This document shows positions 26,402 to 33,592 of a DNA stretch of 38,144 bases, in pieces (position 1 is the first letter of the stretch; the number at the start of each line of letters is the position of its first letter). The notes under the pieces are model-generated. The model made no database searches, was not told the origin of the DNA, and saw nothing but the letters and a program-made list of their open reading frames with translations. The DNA is taken from positions 1-38,144 of the forward strand of contig JAEHCT010000001.1 of the NCBI GenBank assembly GCA_020697635.1, read 5' to 3'. A program made the translations under genes and the position numbers. This DNA comes from Candidatus Bathyarchaeota archaeon (GTDB taxonomy: Archaea > Thermoproteota > Bathyarchaeia > TCS64).

Positions 26402-27916
26402 ATGACCTCAGCCATACAGATGGTGGACATCACCAAGACTTTTCCCGGCGTGACGGCTAACGACAACATCGACTTCTCCGTTGATAAAGCCGAGATCCAT
26501 GGGCTGCTGGGGGAGAACGGGGCTGGAAAATCCGTTCTCATGAGCATACTCTACGGTCTCTACAAGCCGGACAGCGGAGACATACTGGTGGACGGCGAGA
26601 AGGTGGATATCTCTGGGCCCTCAGACGCCATGAGGCTCGGCATAGGGATGGTCCACCAGCACTTCATGCTGGTCCCCAGCCTCACAGTGGTGGAGAACGT
26701 CATCCTAGGGAGGGAGCCCACCGTCAATGGGGTGACGCTGGACATGGAGAGGATGCTCAGAGACGTGGCTGAGTCATGTAAGAGGTATAAGCTGGACGTC
26801 GACATCGAGGCCCCGGTATACCAGCTTCCGGTGGGAGTACAGCAGAGAGTGGAGATACTGAAGGCCCTCTACAGGGGCGCGGACGTCCTGATACTGGACG
26901 AGCCGACGTCAGTCCTCACCCCCGGAGAGACCGAGGAGCTGTTCAACGCAGTCAGGGAGCTCAAGGCCGACGGCAAGACCGTCATCTTCATCAGCCACAA
27001 ACTGAGGGAGGTCCTCGCCATCTGCGACAGGATCACGGTGCTGAAGAGGGGAAAAGTCGTTGGCACGGTACTGGCCGCGGAGACAGGCGAGGGGCAGCTG
27101 GCGGAGATGATGGTGGGCCGCAAGATCGTCTACGAGTTCACCAAGGAGGCCGAGTGCGGCCTCGAGCCCGTGCTGAGGCTTGAGGGCCTCGAGTGCCTAA
27201 GCGACCGTGGAATCCCAGCGTTACGCGGACTAGACCTCGACTTATGCGGCTCGGAGATTCTCGGAGTGGCGGGGGTGGAGGGAAACGGGCAGACCGAGCT
27301 CGTCGAGGCGGTGATGGGACTCAGGGAGTTGACTGGCGGCAGCGTCAAACTCGACGGCCAGGACATCACGGACACGCAGCCCAAAACGAGAATACAGATG
27401 GGAGTTAGCCACATCCCCGAGGATAGACATAAACGTGCCATCGTGCCCGACTTCAGCGTCCTTGAGAACTTGGTGCTCGGCAGCCAGAGGGACAGATTCA
27501 CAAGGAACGGGGTCAGCATCGACTTCGCCGAGGCTAAACGGTTCTCAACGGACATGATAAATGACTACCAGATAGCCACCCCCGGCCCCGAGACCCTGAT
27601 AAGGTATCTATCCGGAGGCAACCAGCAGCGCGTCGTCGTCGCCAGGGAGTTCAGCAGAGACCCCCCGGTCGTGATCGCCGCGCAGCCAACTAGGGGGCTG
27701 GACGTAGGCGCGACGGAGTACGTGCGTCGCAAACTTGTCGAGATGAGGGATCATGGAGCCGGTGTGCTGCTGATCTCCGCGGACCTAGACGAGATCTGGG
27801 CGCTCAGCGACAGGGTGGCTGTCATCTATGAGGGGAGTATCGTCGCGGTAAAGGCCGTCGACGAGACAGATGTACAGGAGATAGGCTTGCTCATGGCGGG
27901 TGGCGGCAATGAGTGA
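26402..27916 (+). CDS. ABC transporter ATP-binding protein, duplicated ATPase (nucleoside/sugar CUT2 type)
   Basis: 504 aa. Walker A GENGAGKS and first Walker B ILDEPT are present, and the second-domain signature LSGGNQQRVVVAREF. Confidence 0.9.
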   Translation: MTSAIQMVDITKTFPGVTANDNIDFSVDKAEIHGLLGENGAGKSVLMSILYGLYKPDSGDILVDGEKVDISGPSDAMRLGIGMVHQHFMLVPSLTVVENVILGREPTVNGVTLDMERMLRDVAESCKRYKLDVDIEAPVYQLPVGVQQRVEILKALYRGADVLILDEPTSVLTPGETEELFNAVRELKADGKTVIFISHKLREVLAICDRITVLKRGKVVGTVLAAETGEGQLAEMMVGRKIVYEFTKEAECGLEPVLRLEGLECLSDRGIPALRGLDLDLCGSEILGVAGVEGNGQTELVEAVMGLRELTGGSVKLDGQDITDTQPKTRIQMGVSHIPEDRHKRAIVPDFSVLENLVLGSQRDRFTRNGVSIDFAEAKRFSTDMINDYQIATPGPETLIRYLSGGNQQRVVVAREFSRDPPVVIAAQPTRGLDVGATEYVRRKLVEMRDHGAGVLLISADLDEIWALSDRVAVIYEGSIVAVKAVDETDVQEIGLLMAGGGNE

Positions 27917-28973
27917 GCGATTGACTGCGGCTGTCAGGCGTGTTTTCGGCGGAGGAGACGGCCTCCAGGGACTGATGATCCAGGTAGCCGCGATCCTGAT
28001 CGCGTTCATAGTGGGCGCCGCTGTGCTCGCCGTGACGGGTTACAGCCCAGTGGACGCCTACGTCTCCATGGCGTCAGGGGCCTTCGGGAGCAGCTACGGC
28101 GTGGGCCAGACGCTGACGCAGGCCACACCCATAGTGTTCACGAGCATAGCGTTCCTCATCGGCCTGAAGGCGGGGCTGTTCAACATAGGCATCGAAGGCC
28201 AGTTCCTCATGGGGGCCATGGGGGCTACCCTGGCAGGCGTCTACCTGGACGGGCTCCCTTGGGTGATCCATGTACCGTTGACCATCCTGGTTGGCATGAT
28301 AGCAGGGGCACTCTGGTCGCTGATACCCGCCGTGTTGAAGTCTCGTTTCGACGCCCACGAGGTCATCACCACCATGATGCTGAGCTACGTGGCCACACAC
28401 TTCACGAGCTACCTGGTGAACTACCCCTTCAAGGCTCCCGGGTGGGTGGCCCAGTCGCTGAAGATCAGCGGCTCAGCGGAGCTGCCGCGGATTCTGCCGC
28501 CCACACAGCTGAGCGCAGCCATATTCGTCGCGGTGATAGTCACCGTGGCGAGCACGTACTTCCTCCAGAAGACGATCATGGGCTACGAGCTTCGAGCCAC
28601 GGGGCTTAACCCGTCCGCCGCGGAGAACGCCGGCATCAGCATAGACAGGAACATCCTCGTCTCCATGGCGTTGAGCGGCGCAGTGGCGGGGCTAGGCGGC
28701 GCCTGCGAGGTGATGGGCATACACAGGAGGTTCATACAGGGCTTCAGCCCGGGCTACGGCTGGGACGGCCTCGCCGTGGCCCTCGTCGGGGGCCTCAACC
28801 CGGTGGGAAGCTTCTTCGCCTCGGTCTTATTCGGGGCGCTCCGCAGCGGAGGGATGATCATGACCCGTGCCACAGGTGTGCCCCTCGACATCGTCAAGAT
28901 ACTCCAGGCCCTGGTCATAATGTTCGTGGCGGCCCCCAAGCTGATAAGGGCGCTGCTCAGGAGGGAGCGGTGA
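27909..28973 (+). CDS. ABC transporter permease (BMP/nucleoside system)
   Basis: Polytopic membrane protein. ATG 27909 overlaps the upstream stop (ATGAGTGA). The track start GTG 27900 is an alternative. Confidence 0.85.
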   Translation: MSERLTAAVRRVFGGGDGLQGLMIQVAAILIAFIVGAAVLAVTGYSPVDAYVSMASGAFGSSYGVGQTLTQATPIVFTSIAFLIGLKAGLFNIGIEGQFLMGAMGATLAGVYLDGLPWVIHVPLTILVGMIAGALWSLIPAVLKSRFDAHEVITTMMLSYVATHFTSYLVNYPFKAPGWVAQSLKISGSAELPRILPPTQLSAAIFVAVIVTVASTYFLQKTIMGYELRATGLNPSAAENAGISIDRNILVSMALSGAVAGLGGACEVMGIHRRFIQGFSPGYGWDGLAVALVGGLNPVGSFFASVLFGALRSGGMIMTRATGVPLDIVKILQALVIMFVAAPKLIRALLRRER

Positions 28974-29899
28974 TGGTGGAGCTCTTAGACCTGATAAACA
29001 CGGGGCTCTTCGCGGCCGCGATCCGTATGGCGACGCCTATCGCTTACGCGGCGCTCGGCGGGATGTTCAGCGAGCGCGTCGGCGTCATGAACATCGGGCT
29101 GGAGGGAATCATGCTGACGAGCGCTTTCGGCGGAGTAGCAGTCAGCTACTACACTGGCAGCGCGTGGCTGGGCGTCGTGGCCGCCGTGCTCGTGGGAGGA
29201 TTACTCGGTCTGTTCCACGCCATAATCACGGTGAAGTACGCCGGAGACCAGGTGGTGAGCGGAACCGGCATAAACATCCTGGCTGCGGGGTTCACCGCCT
29301 ACATGAGTCAGGTGATCTGGGGAACCAGAGGCTCGTCCGACGCCGTCAACAGCATACCGGACCTGACTATCCCCGTGCTCAAACAGATACCCGTGCTGGG
29401 GGAGGTGTTCGGCACCCACTCGCCTCTCGTCTACCTGATGCCCATAATCACAGCCGCCAGCTACTACGTGCTCTTCAAGACGCCCCTCGGTCTCAGGATA
29501 AGGGCCGTCGGTGAGCACCCCACGGCGGCGGAGACGGCCGGCGTCGACGTGGTGAAGATAAAGTACATGTGTATTATTCTGAGTGGTATGCTTGCGGGCA
29601 TCGGTGGCGCGTTCCTAAGCCTCAGCCACCTGAACGTCTTCAACAAGGGTATGACCGGTGGACGAGGCTTCATAGCCATGGCCGCCATGATCTTCGGGAA
29701 GTGGATGCCTTTCAGCGTCTTCGGGGCGAGCCTCCTCTTCGGGTTCGCTGACGCCCTGCAGATGAGGCTCCAGAGCCTGGGGATACTGCCGCCCCAGATA
29801 ATACTGGCCATCCCCTACGTGCTCACGGTGGCGATCCTGGCGGGCGTCGTCGGCAAGGCCAAGCCACCCAGCGACTACAAGCCCTACGAGAAGGAGTAG
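28970..29899 (+). CDS. ABC transporter permease (BMP/nucleoside system)
   Basis: 309-aa polytopic membrane protein. GTGATG at 28970-28975 overlaps the upstream TGA. Confidence 0.85.
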   Translation: MMVELLDLINTGLFAAAIRMATPIAYAALGGMFSERVGVMNIGLEGIMLTSAFGGVAVSYYTGSAWLGVVAAVLVGGLLGLFHAIITVKYAGDQVVSGTGINILAAGFTAYMSQVIWGTRGSSDAVNSIPDLTIPVLKQIPVLGEVFGTHSPLVYLMPIITAASYYVLFKTPLGLRIRAVGEHPTAAETAGVDVVKIKYMCIILSGMLAGIGGAFLSLSHLNVFNKGMTGGRGFIAMAAMIFGKWMPFSVFGASLLFGFADALQMRLQSLGILPPQIILAIPYVLTVAILAGVVGKAKPPSDYKPYEKE

Positions 29900-30649
29900 C
29901 TATCCCTCGTCCAGTAGTTGGACGGCTCGGACGGCGACCCTTATCTCGTCATCGATGCTCTTTTGGACTCTGTCCGCGAACTCGCCGCTCATCTCCCCGG
30001 GCTCGAACTCGCCCTTCCCGGTGCCCTTGAATATGTTGCCATCAACGACGCAGATGGCCCCCGCCCGTTTGCCGCGGACGCTGGCGAGGGTGAACATGAG
30101 GCTGGCCTCCATCTCGATGCTCAGCACGTTGGCTTCCCCGAACATCCGGAGCACCTCGTCGTTGCCGCCGTAGAACGCGTCTGTGCTGATGATGATCCCG
30201 TGGTGCACCTCTACCCCCAGCTCGTCGGCCGCCTCAAGGAGGGCGTTCACCGCCTCGATGCTGGCCACCGCCGGGTACTCGGCCGGCACATAAGTCTTGC
30301 TGGTGCCCTCCCACCTGACCGCCCCCGTGGCCACCACGATGTCGCCGCTGTCGAGGTGCGGCACTAGGGCCCCAGTGGTACCTACCCGGATGAAGGTGTC
30401 CGCCCCGATGTTCATAAGCTCCTCAATGGCGATGGCCGTCGAGGGGCACCCGATGCCGCCGCCGCAGGCGCTGACGCCCACGCCCTTCGTCTCCCCGGTG
30501 TAGGTCACGTATCCACGGTAGTCAGCCACCATCTCGGCGCTGTCCCAGTGGCCGGCGATCCTCTTCACCCGGCTCGGGTCACCGCTTATCAGGACGTACC
30601 TGGCGACATCGCCTACACCGCACATTATGTGAGGCTGAATCCGCTTCAT
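29900..30649 (-). CDS. Nucleoside phosphorylase, PNP/UDP family 1 (uridine/purine nucleoside phosphorylase)
   Basis: The likely start is ATG 30649 (MKRIQPHIMCG...). The track's extension to 30760 crosses the divergent promoter. Motifs ISGDPSRV, RVGTTGAL and SIEMEAS are present. Confidence 0.85.
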   Translation of the reverse strand: MKRIQPHIMCGVGDVARYVLISGDPSRVKRIAGHWDSAEMVADYRGYVTYTGETKGVGVSACGGGIGCPSTAIAIEELMNIGADTFIRVGTTGALVPHLDSGDIVVATGAVRWEGTSKTYVPAEYPAVASIEAVNALLEAADELGVEVHHGIIISTDAFYGGNDEVLRMFGEANVLSIEMEASLMFTLASVRGKRAGAICVVDGNIFKGTGKGEFEPGEMSGEFADRVQKSIDDEIRVAVRAVQLLDEG

Positions 30650-30672
30650 AGACCAGACTCCTCGGTGGAGGG

Positions 30673-30678
30673 TATAAG
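30673..30678 (-). promoter_or_regulatory. TATA-like element for the nucleoside phosphorylase gene
   Basis: CTTATA (minus strand) lies about 24-29 nt upstream of ATG 30649. This fits a leaderless or short-leader archaeal transcript. Confidence 0.3.
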
Positions 30679-30697
30679 CTTGGCTGTAGGAGGCTGG

Positions 30698-30705
30698 GTT
30701 TAAAG
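30698..30705 (+). promoter_or_regulatory. TATA-like element for the MBL hydrolase gene
   Basis: GTTTAAAG lies about 32-39 nt upstream of TTG 30737. Confidence 0.3.
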
Positions 30706-30736
30706 GTGAGCACGGCTTCCCATAGGCTGAACTCAC

Positions 30737-31705
30737 TTGAAGGTCGCCGAAGACATACACCGGCTTACAGTGCCCATGGAGAGAAACCCCCTAGGGAAGA
30801 CGTACAGCTACCTCTTCACCGAGTCCAAGACACTCATAGACACGGGGGTCCCCACGGACAGCGCATACCAGGGACTCACGGAGGAGCTCAAGCTGCACGG
30901 CATGAAACCCCAGGACGTAGAGAGAGTCATCCTCACCCATCTCCACAACGACCACATAGGCCTGGCCAAGACCCTACAGGAGTACGGCGCCGAGATAGTC
31001 GCAAGCCAGGTGGCAGCCGAGAAACAGGAGGCTGTGAAGCTTCAGCAGGAGAACTTCTTCGAGCTCACCGTAGACGAGACCAGGCTCTTCGGCGGCGAGC
31101 AGTTCCTCCAGTACCTCCAGCGCTACAGGCGGGCGTTCAGGGACTTCCCCGAGCCCCTCAGGATCGACAGGACGCTGCGCGACGGTGAGACCATAGAACT
31201 CAACGGCAAGGAGATGACCGTAATCTGGACCCCCGGCCATGCACACGAGCACATCGTCGTCCACGACCACGCCGACAGGCTGCTGTTCAGCGGCGACCAC
31301 GTCCTACCCAAGATAACCAGCCACGTCGCCCTCCACAGCTACGAGGACAGGGACCCACTGTGCGACTACCTGAAGAGCCTAGACAAGGTCAAGGACCTGG
31401 ACGTCGACACGGTCTACCCGGCCCACGAGTGGGAGTTCAGCAACCTGGCTGACCGCATCGAGCAACTCAACCATCACCACAGAAACAGGCTCCAGGAGAT
31501 GAAGGACACGCTGCAGGACGGCCCCAAGACCATATACGACATCGGAAGCAGGGCCCACTGGGAGAGCCGGCCGTGGCCAGAGATGAGCTTCTGGACCAAG
31601 CGCATGGCGGCAACAGAGACCTACGCCCACCTCGTCTACCTGCGAAACAGAGAAGAGGTCGCCGAAACCAAGAAAGACGGAATCCTATACTATAGTCTAG
31701 CTTGA
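30737..31705 (+). CDS. MBL-fold metallo-hydrolase
   Basis: 322 aa with a TTG start. The HxHxDH motif (LTHLHNDHIG) is present, and later TPGHAHEH. Confidence 0.85.
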   Translation: MKVAEDIHRLTVPMERNPLGKTYSYLFTESKTLIDTGVPTDSAYQGLTEELKLHGMKPQDVERVILTHLHNDHIGLAKTLQEYGAEIVASQVAAEKQEAVKLQQENFFELTVDETRLFGGEQFLQYLQRYRRAFRDFPEPLRIDRTLRDGETIELNGKEMTVIWTPGHAHEHIVVHDHADRLLFSGDHVLPKITSHVALHSYEDRDPLCDYLKSLDKVKDLDVDTVYPAHEWEFSNLADRIEQLNHHHRNRLQEMKDTLQDGPKTIYDIGSRAHWESRPWPEMSFWTKRMAATETYAHLVYLRNREEVAETKKDGILYYSLA

Positions 31706-31713
31706 GAAGGGGT

Positions 31714-31740
31714 GCCCCCTTCCCTCCCCAGGAAGGGGGC
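31714..31740. terminator. Perfect 10-bp GC-rich hairpin between convergent genes
   Basis: GCCCCCTTCC (31714-31723) and GGAAGGGGGC (31731-31740) are exact reverse complements around the 7-nt loop CTCCCCA. Confidence 0.5.
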
Positions 31741-31769
31741 GAATGGGGGAGTTATTTGGGGAGAGTGAT

Positions 31770-32432
31770 CTATCGCCAGACCTTGATGCCGCGCTCGTGG
31801 AGATACTGCGCCGCCAGGTCCGCGATGTCTGGTCCCTTGAAGGGTATCTTGAGCTCCTTGACGTGGATCATGATCTCAGTGTACTTGATCTCAAGGGGCG
31901 CCGCCTTCTCCTGGAACTCGTCCAGTATGGTCTGGGCGACCTCCTCGGCGACCCTGAACTTGGGGCTCAGCATCCTGTAGTGGTGCTTGAGGGCCGTCCC
32001 GACTTCGTTGGGGGACGCGGAGTCTATGGCCCAGACGGTGGGCCTTGGGCCGCCCTTGCTGCGCTTCACCTTGCTCACCTTGAGCGCGGGCACCACGACG
32101 CCCATCGCCCTAAGCCTCTTCAGGGCGCGGTAGACAGTGGCCTCGGGCATGTTGAGCTCGCACTGGAGCACCCAAGCCGTGGATGCGCCGTGGAGGCAGA
32201 AGTACAGGAACGTCTCGCTCACGGCCTTGCTGCTGAAGATCTTCTCGCTGAAGCTCATGAGCTCCTGGATGTTCTTCAGGGTGGTCGCGAGGTCGTTCTT
32301 TTCGTTTAAAAGTAATAATTTCCGGAAAATATCTACGTATTTAGTGAAGTTTAACGCGCTAACGCCAGTTTTTCCTAACGATCTCTTTTTATTGGCGGAG
32401 CGTCTTCTATCTAGGGCTACCGTATTCGACAC
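31770..32432 (-). CDS. Winged-helix DNA-binding protein with unknown N- and C-terminal regions
   Basis: 220-aa ORF with a GTG start. The central wHTH-like segment is ETFLYFCLHGASTAWVLQCELNMPEATVYRALKRLRAMGVVVP...RPTVWAI. The first 58 codons are AT-rich and K/R-rich, and the first ATG is at 32258, so the start is uncertain. Confidence 0.55.
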   Translation of the reverse strand: MSNTVALDRRRSANKKRSLGKTGVSALNFTKYVDIFRKLLLLNEKNDLATTLKNIQELMSFSEKIFSSKAVSETFLYFCLHGASTAWVLQCELNMPEATVYRALKRLRAMGVVVPALKVSKVKRSKGGPRPTVWAIDSASPNEVGTALKHHYRMLSPKFRVAEEVAQTILDEFQEKAAPLEIKYTEIMIHVKELKIPFKGPDIADLAAQYLHERGIKVWR

Positions 32433-32448
32433 TTAAATCTAACTCCGG

Positions 32449-32464
32449 GCCTCGCACGCGAGGC
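32449..32464. promoter_or_regulatory. GC palindrome GCCTCGC-AC-GCGAGGC
   Basis: 7-bp perfect inverted arms. It lies 17 nt upstream of the GTG at 32432. Confidence 0.35.
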
Positions 32465-32487
32465 AAATTGTTTACAGCACCGATATG

Positions 32488-32495
32488 CTTATAAG
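32488..32495. promoter_or_regulatory. Palindromic TATA-like box CTTATAAG in the divergent intergenic region
   Basis: This is the only strong TATA-like element in the 117-bp gap. Its symmetry would allow use in both directions. Confidence 0.35.
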
Positions 32496-32497
32496 TA

Positions 32498-32513
32498 TAC
32501 TTGTTAACAAGTA
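32498..32513. promoter_or_regulatory. 16-bp perfect palindrome TACTTGTTAACAAGTA (candidate operator)
   Basis: I checked the exact self-complementarity base by base. It lies immediately downstream of the TATA-like box, where the plus-strand transcription start would fall. Confidence 0.5.
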
Positions 32514-32550
32514 AACAAGTAAACAAAATAAACAGGTGGAACAGTAAACA
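32511..32550 (+). repeat. Phased (G/A)TAAACA heptamer repeats running into the start codon
   Basis: GTAAACA occurs at 32511-17 and 32519-25, ATAAACA at 32528-34, and GTAAACA at 32544-50. The last A is the A of the ATG. An inverted copy, TGTTTAC, lies at 32469-75. Confidence 0.6.
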
Positions 32551-32990
32551 TGCCCCGTAAAACCGTCGCTATCCGTGGCCTGGACACAGAGCTCTACACA
32601 GAGGTCTTCACCATGGCCAAGAAGGACGGCAAACGCGTGGCAGACGTCGTCAACAACGCCCTAGAGGCATGGATCAACAACGAGACAGACGAAGTCCCCG
32701 CCGGATTCGATGGCACACTATCTAACTCCGGAGCAGAATTTATTTTAGCCATCGACGATGAAGGCGAAGTGAGCCTAGGAAAAGATGATATCAAGGAAAT
32801 AGCCAAAGAAATGGGCCCATTCGCCATAGAGAGCAATGGAAACCTATTATTCGAGAAAGACGTCGATAAAAATGCTTTAAACAGCATCACGAAGATTTCT
32901 GTGCGGTCGGGCACCGTCAAGGTACCCAGGAAGGCCTACGCCCAATTCCTAATGAAGTGCAAGATACAAGGAAAGCTCGACAAGTATTGA
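32550..32990 (+). CDS. Ribbon-helix-helix (CopG/Arc-like) N-terminal domain fused to an unknown ~100-aa C-terminal region
   Basis: RKTVAIRGLDTELYTEVFTMAKKDGKRVADVVNNALEAWI fits the RHH strand-helix-helix pattern. The C-terminal part has AT-rich codons and two G-x-V-x-[LV]-x-[KR]..-like strands (GEVSLGKDDIKEI, SGTVKVPRKAYAQFL). Confidence 0.55.
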   Translation: MPRKTVAIRGLDTELYTEVFTMAKKDGKRVADVVNNALEAWINNETDEVPAGFDGTLSNSGAEFILAIDDEGEVSLGKDDIKEIAKEMGPFAIESNGNLLFEKDVDKNALNSITKISVRSGTVKVPRKAYAQFLMKCKIQGKLDKY

Positions 32991-33592
32991 GCCCCGTTTA
33001 TACGGTAGCTGGGGCCCAGGACGGAAGCTTCGAGACTTTCAGGCGAGGTTTAGGCAGGCCCATCCAGTACACTTCTCTTTGTTTAACAAGGATGAGGGGC
33101 AGCGTTATACAGGGCGTCCTGCTGGCGCGTATAACGGTGGACGGGCTGGACGCCACGGACGCATTGTTAAACAGTTTAGGTTCATGGGAGGCTGACGCGT
33201 TGATTCTGGGCGGAGCCACCTTCGCGGGGTTCAACGTGGTGGACGTTCAACGCGTAAACAGGGAGACGGAAACGCCTGTGATCGTATTCAGCGGAGAGTG
33301 CCCCGACATGGAAGCCACCAAGGATGCGCTGCGTAAACATTTCCAGGACTGGAGGGAGAGGTGGAGCCGCTACGAGGCCCTCGGCGAGATGCACGCGTTA
33401 AAGATTGACAGACATCCTCCGGTGTACTACGAGAACATAGGATGCTCGAAGGGCTTCGCCGAGGACGTGCTCGGGGAGCAGGCAATATCCTGTAGAACCC
33501 CCGAGTGTGTGAGGGTGGCCGACCTGATAGCTAAGGGAGTCAGTCAAGTCTTTCGAGGTCCAGCGGGATGTTCTGGTAGTTCATCAGGTTGA
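32987..33592 (+). CDS. DUF99 / UPF0215 family protein (EndoV-like fold)
   Basis: The likely TTG start at 32987 overlaps the upstream TGA (TTGA). The track start is GTG 32957. Family pattern recalled: ..GAQDGSF.., ITVDGLDATD, LGGATFAGFNVVDV, TPVIVF. The 3' end overlaps the convergent polB by 53 nt. Confidence 0.65.
   Translation: MSPVYTVAGAQDGSFETFRRGLGRPIQYTSLCLTRMRGSVIQGVLLARITVDGLDATDALLNSLGSWEADALILGGATFAGFNVVDVQRVNRETETPVIVFSGECPDMEATKDALRKHFQDWRERWSRYEALGEMHALKIDRHPPVYYENIGCSKGFAEDVLGEQAISCRTPECVRVADLIAKGVSQVFRGPAGCSGSSSG

Noticed and set aside
32433-32549. Possible replication origin: an AT-rich repeat-bearing region near a PolD gene, with CAGGTGGAAC faintly resembling an ORB core.
   Set aside because: There is no Orc1/Cdc6 gene in the window. 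Only one weak ORB-like string is present, with no inverted ORB pairs flanking a duplex-unwinding element. The repeats fit operator logic better. This is left as a remote alternative only.
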